A DNA stretch of 64,000 bases from an uncultured Bdellovibrionales bacterium (GTDB taxonomy: Bacteria > Bdellovibrionota_C > UBA2361 > OMII01). Position 1 is the stretch's first letter, and every line of letters begins with the position of its first letter. The translations under genes and the position numbers were made by a program. The DNA lies in the NCBI GenBank assembly GCA_964654585.1, contig CAZZJR010000003.1, positions 4,850-68,849 on the forward strand, read 5' to 3'. The notes beneath the pieces are model-generated. The model saw only the letters and a program-made list of their open reading frames with translations, ran no database searches and was not told where the DNA came from. Of the stretch, positions 47,492 to 57,093 are shown in pieces.

Positions 47492-48592
47492 TCAACCCTT
47501 GAGCACTTCGGACATCCGGCTTTCACTCCTCTCCATCGCTTCAACCACAGCAAACTGAGTCCTCGCACGCTCAAGATTGTGCTCGGGCCGGTGAGTCCGG
47601 AAGTACGTGTCGCCGTTTAGGTAGTCTGTCAGAAATCGGGTACCGAGAACGAATGCCAGAACTCGCGGGGCGAACGGCAGTAGCTTCGCCTCTTGCGGCG
47701 TTAGCTGCCCACCCATCTCGCCCATGTACCCCTCGCATATAGCCTCGTACAGCTCCATATCGACGACCACTTTCGAGAGGTCTTGCTCATCTTCGGCACA
47801 GGGGATCGCCGTGTTGCGCACCAAATCGCCGAAATCGAAGAGTGGCGTACCGGGCATGCACGTGTCCAAATCGAGCAGGCAAACCGCACGCAGGCCCTGG
47901 ACGTCAAACAGCACATTGTTGAGCTTCATGTCGTTGTGGCACACGCGCGCTGGAATAGAGCCCGCTTCCAGAGCAGACGAGAGAGTCGAAGAGAGCTCTT
48001 TGCGCTGCAAAGCAAACGCCACCTCGCGCGAGGCACGAGCAGCTCTTTTCTTGACATCGCGCTTCAGAGACTCCTCGAACGCAGTAAAGCGACGGCCTCC
48101 GTGGAGGAAGAACGGGATCGTATCTACGAGGCTCGATGCAGGAACATCCGACAGAGCCCTCTGAAAGCGTCCGAGAATCGCCGCGGCCTCAAAGGCAGCT
48201 CCTGCACCCGGACAAACATCGTACGAGGTCGTGTCCTCTATGAATTCAAATGTCCTCCAATACTCGCCCGCCTCGTCTTGTACGTAGCGCCGACCATCTT
48301 TCAGGGGAATAATTTTTAAGGTCGTCTCACCCCCCGGATTGCCACTCCGAACGAAGTGCCCCTGAAGCGTCCTCGTCACAATCTCAAGGTTTGACATCAA
48401 CCCTTCGATGTCTTCGAAGATGCGGTGGTTTACCACCTGGTGAACGTAGCGCCTGCGCAGCCCTTTGTGTTCCCAGATCCCAACAAATGTGCGGTTGATG
48501 TGGCCACGCTTCAGCTCTTCAACCGATATGAGCCGCCCGGGAATATCGAACAGCTCAAGTGTCGCTATCGGGACTGCCCGAGCTTGCTCCAT
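47492..48592 (-). CDS. Kinase-like phosphotransferase (APH/ChoK/NahK-like fold)
   Basis: 366 aa with the catalytic loop HNDMKLNNVLFD and DLDT (Brenner HxDxxxxN plus DxD), typical of aminoglycoside/hexosamine kinase-like enzymes. Confidence 0.7.
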   Translation of the reverse strand: MEQARAVPIATLELFDIPGRLISVEELKRGHINRTFVGIWEHKGLRRRYVHQVVNHRIFEDIEGLMSNLEIVTRTLQGHFVRSGNPGGETTLKIIPLKDGRRYVQDEAGEYWRTFEFIEDTTSYDVCPGAGAAFEAAAILGRFQRALSDVPASSLVDTIPFFLHGGRRFTAFEESLKRDVKKRAARASREVAFALQRKELSSTLSSALEAGSIPARVCHNDMKLNNVLFDVQGLRAVCLLDLDTCMPGTPLFDFGDLVRNTAIPCAEDEQDLSKVVVDMELYEAICEGYMGEMGGQLTPQEAKLLPFAPRVLAFVLGTRFLTDYLNGDTYFRTHRPEHNLERARTQFAVVEAMERSESRMSEVLKG

Positions 48593-48622
48593 AACCCTAC
48601 TCCTCTGCGCTCCTCGCTACTT

Positions 48623-50026
48623 TTAGTTAAGCAGTGCTTCCGGGCCCCGCGCTGAGCTACCCTGCGTGCCTACCCACGCTGCAGCACCACCGACGGCCTC
48701 TCCGCCTCCGAGAAGTCCATCGATGAACTGGGACGAGTCGAAAGCGACTAAATCTTCCGCCTTCTCACCGACTCCGACGAACAACACCGGCACACGGAGC
48801 TCCTGGGAAATCGCCACAAGTATTCCGCCTTTCGGTGTGCCATCGAGTTTAGTCACGATAACTCCCGTCAGCGGAACTGCCGCATTAAACTCCCGTGCTT
48901 GCTGGAGCGCATTCTGTCCGCTCACCCCATCCAGCACGATGATCGTCTCGTGCGGGGCATCCGGCACGTGCCTGCGGATAGAATTCCTGACTCCTTCGAG
49001 CTCTTGCATCAGGCTCGACTTCGTATGGAGCCGTCCAGCGGTGTCGACCAAAACAACGTCGACGCTGCCGTCCTTAGCCGCAGCCATGCCATCAAACACG
49101 ACCGCTCCAGGCTTCGCATTTTCGGCTCCCTTGATCAGCGTGAATCCTACTCGACCGGCCCACTCTTCAAGCTGCGCAACTGCCGCCGCACGAAAAGTGT
49201 CTGCGGCAATAACCATGACTCGCTTCCCGGCTTTCATGTATCGGGCCGCCAACTTCGCAACCGTGGTCGTTTTTCCAACTCCGTTTACGCCAACCACGAG
49301 CACCACCTGCGGAGACCCTGTCGGGTTGTACATGCGATGCGATTCGGGAACCTCCGTCAGCTCCTCGCGAATACCGGCCTTCAGCAGCTCTCGAAGCTTC
49401 TCTTCTCCAACCTCGGAGCTTCCTTGGGCTCCAGCACGGACTTTCTCCACCAGGTTCGCCGCGACCTTGGCACCGACGTCACTCAGAATGAGCAGCTCCT
49501 CAAGCTCGTCGAGAGATTCCTGGTCGACAGCCTTACGGCCGGCGAAGAATCCCTTGAGTCTACCGAGAAAGCTGGTGCGGCTCTTGGCCAGACCTCGCAC
49601 GATCGGTGAGGCATCAACCTGCACCTCAATGGGCGGCTGAGCTTTCTGAGGCTCGGCTACAGGAGCCGCTCCAATACTTCCCCCGCCCGAAGCGCCAGTG
49701 GACGGACCAGGGGAACCCCCACCAACGGCGCCTCCTCCGGCAGAACCACTTCCCGGACCGCCACCCTCCAACGCATGGAGATCTTCGAGCGCGCGCAGCA
49801 TTTCGTCGCGCAGGGCCGCCATGGAAGCCTCTAAGTGCTCGACACGCTTCGCTACCGCAACAATATCTCGACGGTCGAAGTTGCGGCACACGCTCGAACG
49901 CAACGCCATCACCAACAGAAGCAGGAGTGAGATACCGAGTGCTATGCAAGAAAGAACTACCTGTGGGTTGGTGCCCTCAGGAAGCATGGCAAGCAGATCG
50001 TTCACGAAAGATTGAAGCGACTCCAT
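48623..50026 (-). CDS. ftsY: Signal recognition particle receptor FtsY
   Basis: 467 aa. N-terminal TM anchor, a Gly-rich acidic linker, an NG domain with GVNGVGKTTT, and a DTAGR motif. Confidence 0.9.
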   Translation of the reverse strand: MESLQSFVNDLLAMLPEGTNPQVVLSCIALGISLLLLLVMALRSSVCRNFDRRDIVAVAKRVEHLEASMAALRDEMLRALEDLHALEGGGPGSGSAGGGAVGGGSPGPSTGASGGGSIGAAPVAEPQKAQPPIEVQVDASPIVRGLAKSRTSFLGRLKGFFAGRKAVDQESLDELEELLILSDVGAKVAANLVEKVRAGAQGSSEVGEEKLRELLKAGIREELTEVPESHRMYNPTGSPQVVLVVGVNGVGKTTTVAKLAARYMKAGKRVMVIAADTFRAAAVAQLEEWAGRVGFTLIKGAENAKPGAVVFDGMAAAKDGSVDVVLVDTAGRLHTKSSLMQELEGVRNSIRRHVPDAPHETIIVLDGVSGQNALQQAREFNAAVPLTGVIVTKLDGTPKGGILVAISQELRVPVLFVGVGEKAEDLVAFDSSQFIDGLLGGGEAVGGAAAWVGTQGSSARGPEALLN

Positions 50027-50059
50027 AGAGGGGACTCCGTAACTGAGCCAGCGGCCGCA

Positions 50060-53000
50060 CTAGGCCACTTGCTTCTGGGCCTCCTGCAGCGAAACTGAGA
50101 TGACTTTTGAGGCCCCCGGCTGTGGCATCGTCACACCCACGAGCGTATCAGCCGCCGCCATCGAGGCTTTGTTGTGGGTTATCATCAAGAACTGGGTGCG
50201 AGCACTCATCTCTTTGATAAACGAAACGAAGCGGTGCACGTTTGCCTCGTCGAGCGGGGCATCTACTTCGTCCAGAACGCAGATCGGGCTTGGTCGAACC
50301 ATGAACATGCTGAAGACGAGCGCGATTGCACACAGAGCCTTCTCACCCCCTGAAAGCAGGTCGATACTCTTGGGCTTCTTGCCCGGAGGGCGCACCACAA
50401 TGTCGACGCCTCCTTCGAGAGGATTGCTCAGGTCAGAAAGGCTAAGCTCGGCCGAGCCTCCGCCAAAAAGCTTCGGACCAAAGAAGGCGAAGTTTTTCCG
50501 GATCGCCTCAAACGTCGACAGGAACCGGCGGGTGCAGGCTTCCTGCAGCTCAGCCAAAGTGGTGCGCAGCGTTTCAAGGGCCTTAACGAGATCCTCGCGC
50601 TGAACCGTCAGCTCCTCAAGCCGCTTGCTCTCGGTTTCGAACTGCTCGATTACCGTGGGATCAACTTCCCCCTCGCGCTCAAGCCGCTGCCGGATGGCTG
50701 ATACCCTGGATTCCAGTTCGCGGCGAGCCTCTTCTATCAAGAGCTCCGTTGCCTGTGCCTCTTCAACCAACGCAATCAGGGCTTCTTCACCCTGCCGCTC
50801 GCGGATGTTCGTCTCAGCGCTCGAGAGCTCGCCCCGCAGACGCTCCGTTGCCATGCGCTCACGCATCAACCTGTCCCGGATAAGCTCGTGCGCCTGGCGC
50901 TTCAGCTCCACTCCTCTCAGAAGCTGCGCAGACGAATCACGCAGCAATCGGCGTTTCTCCTCTAGCCCACGGAGCTCCGCAAGAGCCTCGTTCAAACCTC
51001 GCTCAAGCTCTGAGTTGTCCCGTTGCCGCAGCTCTTCAAGCTCGCGAGATATCTCCTGGCACAATGCTTCGAATTCCGCGACCTGACCCTGAATCTCAGC
51101 GAGTTGCGGCTCAATACGCTGCAGGTCCCCGTCGAGTTGGTTGAGCATACGGCTTTCGCTCTCAATCCGCCCCCGGACCTCGCTCTGCCTGTTTGAGATA
51201 TTTCGCAACGTGGCCTGCCCCTGCTGAATAGCGCGGACGAGTTCTCCGTGGCGCTTCTCCCCCGAAGCGATCGATGCGAGCAACTCATCCCGTTGCGACA
51301 CGAGAACGTCGTACTCGCCCTGGTTCTCCTCGATGACCCGGTTAGCCTCATCAACCTTGCTCTTCATCATGATGACGCCGCCATCATGCCGTAGACTGTA
51401 GAAGCTCCACGGTGAGAGCAGGTCTCCCGACTCGGTAACGATCACCGTCTCTGGATCTGGCTCGCCCTGCGCAGCGAGGTGTTCGAGGTAGGCAGTTGCT
51501 GTGTCGAGGTCTGGCGCAACCCAAACGTTTGAGAGCAGGCGCTTTACGACGCCTCGGCTCCAATCGAGGGTCTCCACCTGGGACAGCAGCGATACGATCC
51601 CCTCAAACCCCGAGCCACGCCCCCAATCCCCCGGCTGCTCCGGGATCGAGGCAAAGAGACCAACTCCGATCCCCTTCTTGTTTTGGGGATCCGCCTTCAG
51701 CACCAGCTCCTGGAAGGTACGGGCTACTTTGGTAACCTCGTCTACAACCAGAAATGTTGCCCGTTCAGCCAGTACTGACTGGAGGGCCTTTGTGTAGCGA
51801 TCAGCGATCTTGACCCCATCAACGAGCAGCTTGCAATTCGCAGTAACTTCGGCCGGCAGATGCCCCTCGCCACCGAGCGCGCGCTTGAGGTGCGTGATCG
51901 GCGAGGCTCCCGTCATCTGGCTCTGGATTGCGTCACGCCGGCTCTGAGCAGAGACGAGCTTGTCGCGCAGGTCCCGAATTGTTCGGTCTTTGGCGCGCTG
52001 GTCTTCCCGCATCTGCTGCAACGATACTGAGAGGGACTTGAGCTCATCCTCACCAGTCAGGTCGAGAGAACTCATCTCAAGGTCGAGATCCCTAGCCGAT
52101 TCCTCCATCCGAGTGAGTGAGGCGCGAGACTCTTCTTTGCGATGCGTCAGCATCGCTCGGCGGTCTTGTAGGCGGGTAATCTCAGACTGCCTGGCCTGCA
52201 CAACCGAGTTAATCTCACGAATTCTTGATTCCTTCGCGACAACTTCGCGGTTTCGTCGGCTCAGCTCGTCTTTAGCTTGGTCAGCCTTCTGCCTGAGCTG
52301 CTCTATTTCGCTATCGTGGCGTACCGACTCCTCTCGCGCGCGCTGCTCTTCACCGCGGATGTCTTCAAGCGCCGTTTGGGCTGCTTGCTCCTCTTGAGCC
52401 AACCCTTCAGATTTTCCCGCGCTATCACCGATCTTTTTCGTTAAGCGCCCAAGAGTGTCGCGGAACAGCTCGTGTTCGGATACGCAAAGCTCTGCCTTTA
52501 GCTCTGCTCGGGTAGCGGCACGAGCTGCCTGGCGCTTCAGGTTTCCTACCTGTCGCGTTACCTCTTTCAGCACATCATCCAGGCGCACCACCTGGGCCTC
52601 CGTGTCGACGATGCGCTTTGACACCGCGTTCATGTTCTCTCGGAACCCCGCGATGTGAGCAGCTTCCTCAATCACCATGCGACGGTCATCTGGCTTCGCA
52701 GTGATAATACGCCCAATCTCACCCTGCGCGATGATGGTGTATCCCCGAGCCGCGAGGCCTATGACTCTGAACAACTCTTTAATGTCCTTGAGCCGACATG
52801 GAACCTTATTAATGAAGAACTCCGACTCGCCGCTGCGATAGAGACGACGAGTAATCTGGACCTCACTCACCGAATTGAGCCACGAGTACTTGGAAAGGGA
52901 CGCTTTGATGTCAGCAATAAACCCCGCTTGAGGGGGCTCGGTGCCACCAGCACCGTCAGGCTGCAGCTCTGCCGCTAGCTGCTGCGCCTCGGACTCGGGA

Positions 53001-53467
53001 GAGTCTGGTGGGCTCCCCGCCTGTGGCAGTTCGTCGGTGTTTTCGGCAGCGCTGGAACCTTCGTCCGAGCCTGGCGCGCTACCCGCTGCGGTTTGCGGGG
53101 AGACTTCAACCGTCGCCTCAGGGGCCGAATCTCCAGAACCGACTTCATATGCACCTCCCTCAACAGACTCGTAGTAGCTGATTAGGTCGTCGTATATGCT
53201 CTGACCGTCGGCACGAACCACCACCGAGACTTCAGCTAGGCCCAGTGGTCTAAGGGATTCTGTGCCGTTGAAGATGACATCCTCCAACACCCCTCCACGA
53301 AGCTGGGAGGCCCTGCTCTCTCCGAGCACCCAACGCAGGGCGTCGATGATGTTAGATTTTCCGCACCCATTCGGACCGACGACGCCGGTAATACCCTGCT
53401 CAAGGGGCAAGACCAGCCTCTCCATGAATGACTTGAATCCGAAGACCTCTAACCGCTCAACTCGCAT
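50060..53467 (-). CDS. smc: Chromosome partition protein Smc
   Basis: 1135 aa. N-terminal Walker A GPNGCGKSNIIDA, long coiled-coils, a hinge, and a C-terminal signature LSGGEKALCAIALVF plus Walker B VLDEVDAPLD. Contains an approximately 85-aa acidic/Pro-Ser-rich insertion after the Walker A region. Confidence 0.95.
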   Translation of the reverse strand: MRVERLEVFGFKSFMERLVLPLEQGITGVVGPNGCGKSNIIDALRWVLGESRASQLRGGVLEDVIFNGTESLRPLGLAEVSVVVRADGQSIYDDLISYYESVEGGAYEVGSGDSAPEATVEVSPQTAAGSAPGSDEGSSAAENTDELPQAGSPPDSPESEAQQLAAELQPDGAGGTEPPQAGFIADIKASLSKYSWLNSVSEVQITRRLYRSGESEFFINKVPCRLKDIKELFRVIGLAARGYTIIAQGEIGRIITAKPDDRRMVIEEAAHIAGFRENMNAVSKRIVDTEAQVVRLDDVLKEVTRQVGNLKRQAARAATRAELKAELCVSEHELFRDTLGRLTKKIGDSAGKSEGLAQEEQAAQTALEDIRGEEQRAREESVRHDSEIEQLRQKADQAKDELSRRNREVVAKESRIREINSVVQARQSEITRLQDRRAMLTHRKEESRASLTRMEESARDLDLEMSSLDLTGEDELKSLSVSLQQMREDQRAKDRTIRDLRDKLVSAQSRRDAIQSQMTGASPITHLKRALGGEGHLPAEVTANCKLLVDGVKIADRYTKALQSVLAERATFLVVDEVTKVARTFQELVLKADPQNKKGIGVGLFASIPEQPGDWGRGSGFEGIVSLLSQVETLDWSRGVVKRLLSNVWVAPDLDTATAYLEHLAAQGEPDPETVIVTESGDLLSPWSFYSLRHDGGVIMMKSKVDEANRVIEENQGEYDVLVSQRDELLASIASGEKRHGELVRAIQQGQATLRNISNRQSEVRGRIESESRMLNQLDGDLQRIEPQLAEIQGQVAEFEALCQEISRELEELRQRDNSELERGLNEALAELRGLEEKRRLLRDSSAQLLRGVELKRQAHELIRDRLMRERMATERLRGELSSAETNIRERQGEEALIALVEEAQATELLIEEARRELESRVSAIRQRLEREGEVDPTVIEQFETESKRLEELTVQREDLVKALETLRTTLAELQEACTRRFLSTFEAIRKNFAFFGPKLFGGGSAELSLSDLSNPLEGGVDIVVRPPGKKPKSIDLLSGGEKALCAIALVFSMFMVRPSPICVLDEVDAPLDEANVHRFVSFIKEMSARTQFLMITHNKASMAAADTLVGVTMPQPGASKVISVSLQEAQKQVA

Positions 53468-53775
53468 CTCGTACCGCTACTAAAAATCGAACAACGCACT
53501 GCGGGCAGGCCCCGAATAGAGATCCCAGCCCCCTGCCCCTACGGCGCTGACATCAGCTAGTTGGGCCCGCCACACACGTGGTTTGACCCAGCCGAACTTG
53601 GTTTAACATGCTTAAATCAATATGGCACTACCCTGAATTCGGGGAGCAACGATGCTAGCAAAGTTTTTTCCAGAGCCCCACGCGAGACGGAGTCGGTCTC
53701 AGTACGAAACGAGCCGCACCTGAGGGCAGAACGGGGCTCTTAAGGCGCATTTTCGGTAGTCTGGCCCGGCTACAC

Positions 53776-54480
53776 CTATGCCTTAGGTGGAGGCTCTTTC
53801 CCCTCCGAAGAAGCATCTTCGCCAGCTGACTTCGCCGTCCCCGCTTCAGACTCGTTGAGCATGTTGGCCCCCAGCTTTTTTGTGAAGTCGGCGAGAGAAC
53901 CTTTATGCGGAGCGAGTATCGCGAGCGAGTAATCGACAGCCGATACGTAGGAGAACGCCAGCGATATGACGAGAAGGTTTAGGCCGACGAACTGACATGT
54001 CCAACGGGCACCTAACACGTGGAATGAGTAATCATTCAGTAGCAGGAGGAGTATGCTGACCATCTGCAAGAAGCTCTTAACCTTTCCCCCAGCTTTCGCC
54101 GCTACCACCGAACCATCACGAGCGGCAAATGCCCTGAGCCCGGTGACCCAGAGCTCTCGGGCCAGGATCAGTACAACCATCCATGCAGGAACGTACGACT
54201 GGCACGACTCGTCTCGCAGGCCGACCAACATGACTAGCGCTGCCATCACCAAGATCTTATCGGCCAGCGGATCGAAGAGCTTTCCAAAGTCCGTCACGGC
54301 CTTGTAGCGACGAGCGAACCAGCCATCCGCATAATCGGTTATGGCGGCAAAGACGAAGATAACGGCTGCCCAATTGAGTCCGACCCGGGTCGGGTCGATA
54401 AGGAGCGCAACGAAAACCGGAATTAGCACCAGCCGAAGAAATGTGAGCCAGTTTGGAAGCTGCTTGTACCAGTTAGCCAT
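53776..54480 (-). CDS. pgsA: CDP-diacylglycerol--glycerol-3-phosphate 3-phosphatidyltransferase
   Basis: CDP-alcohol phosphatidyltransferase motif DGWFAR...FDPLADK. The ORF-track start at 54603 lies upstream of a better start. ATG at 54480 (MANWYKQLPNWLTFLR) is preferred. Confidence 0.8.
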   Translation of the reverse strand: MANWYKQLPNWLTFLRLVLIPVFVALLIDPTRVGLNWAAVIFVFAAITDYADGWFARRYKAVTDFGKLFDPLADKILVMAALVMLVGLRDESCQSYVPAWMVVLILARELWVTGLRAFAARDGSVVAAKAGGKVKSFLQMVSILLLLLNDYSFHVLGARWTCQFVGLNLLVISLAFSYVSAVDYSLAILAPHKGSLADFTKKLGANMLNESEAGTAKSAGEDASSEGKEPPPKA

Positions 54481-55198
54481 TCTGGGAGGCACTATACTGC
54501 TTTTTGAGTGCCAGTACACGCCTGACGTAGGCGCGTGTCTCCGCGTAGGGGGGAACTCCTCCGTAGCGGCTGACAGGAGCCTCACCGGCGTTGTAGGCAG
54601 CAATGGCGTGAGACTCGTTTCGGAACCGTTTGAGCAGAGTGGCCAGGTAACGAGTACCTGCTCGGATATTTGACGTGGGAGAGAACGGATTCCTGAGCCC
54701 CATCATCCTGCCCGTGCTCGGCATGAGCTGCATGAGACCCTGAGCACCCTTAGGAGATACCGCGTATGGGTTAAAAGCTGACTCGGCGTGTATTACCGCC
54801 TTTATCAGGGCCGGGTCGACTTGGTGCTCATCGGCGGCCGCAAAAATCGCGTCGTTGAAAAGATCGTGGTGGTACCTTCCGCGTTGGCTCTTTTGACCCC
54901 GCAACTTAATAAATCTGCCTTTGCTGCTGCGAGCGGTGAACACCTCTGCGCTTTGCCCACCAGTCGGGGGCTTATTAGTGAAACGGAGAGTTCCGTCTGA
55001 CTCTCTGATTACGAAGATTCGCGCCTCGCGCGAGCCGGCATCGGCCTGTGGCGGAGCAGCGAACAGGACGGCGACCAAGGCAGCAAACAGCCGCTTGAGC
55101 GACCAGCCTATGTCGGTTCTCTTATGGAGTAAGGAACGAATGCTCACTCGGGTTCTCCAAATTTCAGCGCGTCGAACGGAGGGCCCTTTACATCCCAC
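54473..55198 (-). CDS. Lytic transglycosylase (SLT domain)
   Basis: 241 aa. Signal peptide, then the SLT catalytic motif ESAFNPYAVSPKGAQGLMQLMP and AYNAG. Confidence 0.8.
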   Translation of the reverse strand: MGCKGPSVRRAEIWRTRVSIRSLLHKRTDIGWSLKRLFAALVAVLFAAPPQADAGSREARIFVIRESDGTLRFTNKPPTGGQSAEVFTARSSKGRFIKLRGQKSQRGRYHHDLFNDAIFAAADEHQVDPALIKAVIHAESAFNPYAVSPKGAQGLMQLMPSTGRMMGLRNPFSPTSNIRAGTRYLATLLKRFRNESHAIAAYNAGEAPVSRYGGVPPYAETRAYVRRVLALKKQYSASQNG

Positions 55199-55532
55199 TT
55201 GAGCCGGGGGCTTTTATCTCCGTACACCGTTAAAGATGCCCGGATTCAGGCAGGGTCGCCTGATTATTAAAGCCATGCTCCGGTAACCTGAGCATTCACA
55301 GAGCAGAGGCAATTTTTTCCCGGTAAAACGGGCGCTTTTCTAGCAAACCGGTGGTAGTGGCAAGGCTGTTGGGGCTCATGCATGGGACGGCAGAGAGGCC
55401 ACCTAACTTACACTCACACTGGAACGTTCCATGGTGAGAGAAGCTCGCGCCGAAAAATACCTAATGGTTTCCAGCGGTTGAAACTTCTCAATTTGACCAC
55501 CCCTCAGCATTCAGAGAACAAACCTTAAAAAA

Positions 55533-55560
55533 CCCCAAATCCGGCGATCCCTTTTTGGGG
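55533..55560 (-). terminator. Putative intrinsic terminator hairpin (CCCCAAA-loop-TTTGGGG) followed by a T6 run on the minus strand
   Basis: The plus strand reads taaaaaa CCCCAAATCCGGCGATCCCTTTTTGGGG aattt. On the minus strand the stem is followed by TTTTTTAAGG. It sits inside a 500-bp ORF-free, AT-richer gap. Confidence 0.4.
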
Positions 55561-55717
55561 AATTTGAGAGCCTTTTGTTCGTTCGAAATTTTTCCCTTAA
55601 AACTGAAATCACGATGAACGTTCAGAAACCGCGACATCGATTCGGATGGAAACGGTGGAACGAAACTGAGTAGGGCGGCAGGGCAGAGGAAGCCTTATGC
55701 CGCGGGAGGAGAAACGT

Positions 55718-56269
55718 ATGAGAAGCCTAAAGATGTATTTTGAGTGTGGACAGCTGACAGAAGTGCTCTTTCAAGAGAACGTGAACGGCGAGCCTCGCAG
55801 GACGATCCGTGGGAAGACCGGCGGCGCATTTCGGCACGCTGGATCATTTCAGTGGACCTCGGCCGTAAAAGCGCTCTCGCTTCTCATCGCCAAGGCTGTC
55901 TTGAACCCACAATCCTCAACGATTCAGGGTTTGGGTGGATCGCTCGCCAGCAGCCTTGACTACGCTCTCTCAAAGCAGCCAGTTTGGTTGGCCGAGATGT
56001 TCGGCTGCGACCAGCAGGGTATTAGCTTCGCTCGTCGTCTAATCCTGCGCACCAATCCAGAGCGCAAGCGCCCGGGACCTGTCGTGCTCGGAGTAAACCA
56101 TGTGTACATGCCAGCAGCTGCCATCGAAGTGTACGTCGACGGAGAGATATGCAGCGGCGATCAGCTCGCCTACCTGGTGGCCTCTCTCTCCGATACCCCG
56201 ATTTCTACACAGTTCGCTTCTACGGAAATTGCCGAGGTGCCTGAAATGAGGCTCGTCAGCAACCAGTAA
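55718..56269 (+). CDS. Hypothetical 183-aa protein
   Basis: ORF 55697..56269. ATG at 55718 is preceded by GGGAGGAG at 6-nt spacing. No recognisable motif. Lower G+C by eye. Confidence 0.45.
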   Translation: MRSLKMYFECGQLTEVLFQENVNGEPRRTIRGKTGGAFRHAGSFQWTSAVKALSLLIAKAVLNPQSSTIQGLGGSLASSLDYALSKQPVWLAEMFGCDQQGISFARRLILRTNPERKRPGPVVLGVNHVYMPAAAIEVYVDGEICSGDQLAYLVASLSDTPISTQFASTEIAEVPEMRLVSNQ

Positions 56270-57074
56270 CTACCTCTTGGGGGTCGCCGCTCTCTGCAGC
56301 GCTTACGAAGAAAGCCCGCAACGCGCGGCGCCCCTCCTCCCCGAGGTCAAGGCTCCACTGGTTAACGTACAGGTCGACGTGAGCCCAAATGACGTTGTCT
56401 TGCAGCTCCTGAGCGTAGCGCCGCATGGTAGCCAAAGTCTCTTCTCGGTGAGCGAATGCGTACTCAACTGAACGGCGCACACAGTCACTAAAAGCCCCCC
56501 TCACCTCAGTCGGCAAGCTCCTCGCCGCAACGATGCACCCCAACGGCAGCGGCGCCTTAACCGAGCTCTCCCACAGCGAACCAAGGTCAGCCTCAAGTTC
56601 AAGCCCTTCCTCCCCGTACGTAAAGCGCCCTTCGTGGATGACTACCCCGTAGTCAGCTTCCCCGCGCTTGAGGGCCGGCATCACGTCCGAAAAGATAACG
56701 TTCTTCGCCTTTGGCGCCTGAGGAAAGAAGCGCCGGTACAGCAATCCGGCGGTGGTAAGTGCTCCTGGGCAGAGAACTCGCGCTCCTGGCCCGAGCGCCG
56801 GAGCCCCCGGTCGCCGTAGCAGAAGAGGGCCAACCCCGAAACCGACCGCTGCTCCAGAAGGGCACACGTCATACGTTGCCTTGAGACTCGCAGCGGCGAA
56901 GCAGCTTACCTTTGCAAAGTCGAGCTGCCCGGCTGAAGCCATCTCGTTCAGCACCTGGACATCCCTTAGCGTTACCTCAAGCTCAAGCCCGCGCATATCG
57001 ATGCGCCGCTCAAGGAGCGCATGAAACATGAAGGTGTCGTTGGGACAGGTTGAGATTCCGAGCGTGTATGGCAT
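56256..57074 (-). CDS. MqnA/MqnD-family enzyme of the futalosine menaquinone pathway (likely 1,4-dihydroxy-6-naphthoate synthase MqnD)
   Basis: 272 aa. The N-terminal LGISTCPNDTFMFHAL motif is characteristic of the MqnA/MqnD periplasmic-binding-protein-like fold. Confidence 0.75.
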   Translation of the reverse strand: MPYTLGISTCPNDTFMFHALLERRIDMRGLELEVTLRDVQVLNEMASAGQLDFAKVSCFAAASLKATYDVCPSGAAVGFGVGPLLLRRPGAPALGPGARVLCPGALTTAGLLYRRFFPQAPKAKNVIFSDVMPALKRGEADYGVVIHEGRFTYGEEGLELEADLGSLWESSVKAPLPLGCIVAARSLPTEVRGAFSDCVRRSVEYAFAHREETLATMRRYAQELQDNVIWAHVDLYVNQWSLDLGEEGRRALRAFFVSAAESGDPQEVVTGC

Positions 57075-57093
57075 GGTCGATCGTTACTCGGCA

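Noticed and set aside
48666-53174. Numerous plus-strand ORFs antisense to ftsY and smc (for example 48666..49640, 48899..49609, 50625..51086, 51960..52397)
   Set aside because: The ftsY and smc frames carry unmistakable signatures. The antisense frames are S/R/A-rich artefacts of high G+C.
53468-53775. Possible small RNA between pgsA and smc
   Set aside because: Nested palindromes are visible (gagacggagtcggtctc, and agagcccc...ggggctct). There is no convincing terminator T-tract on either strand and no match to RNA families I can recognise by eye. It is probably the smc promoter region.
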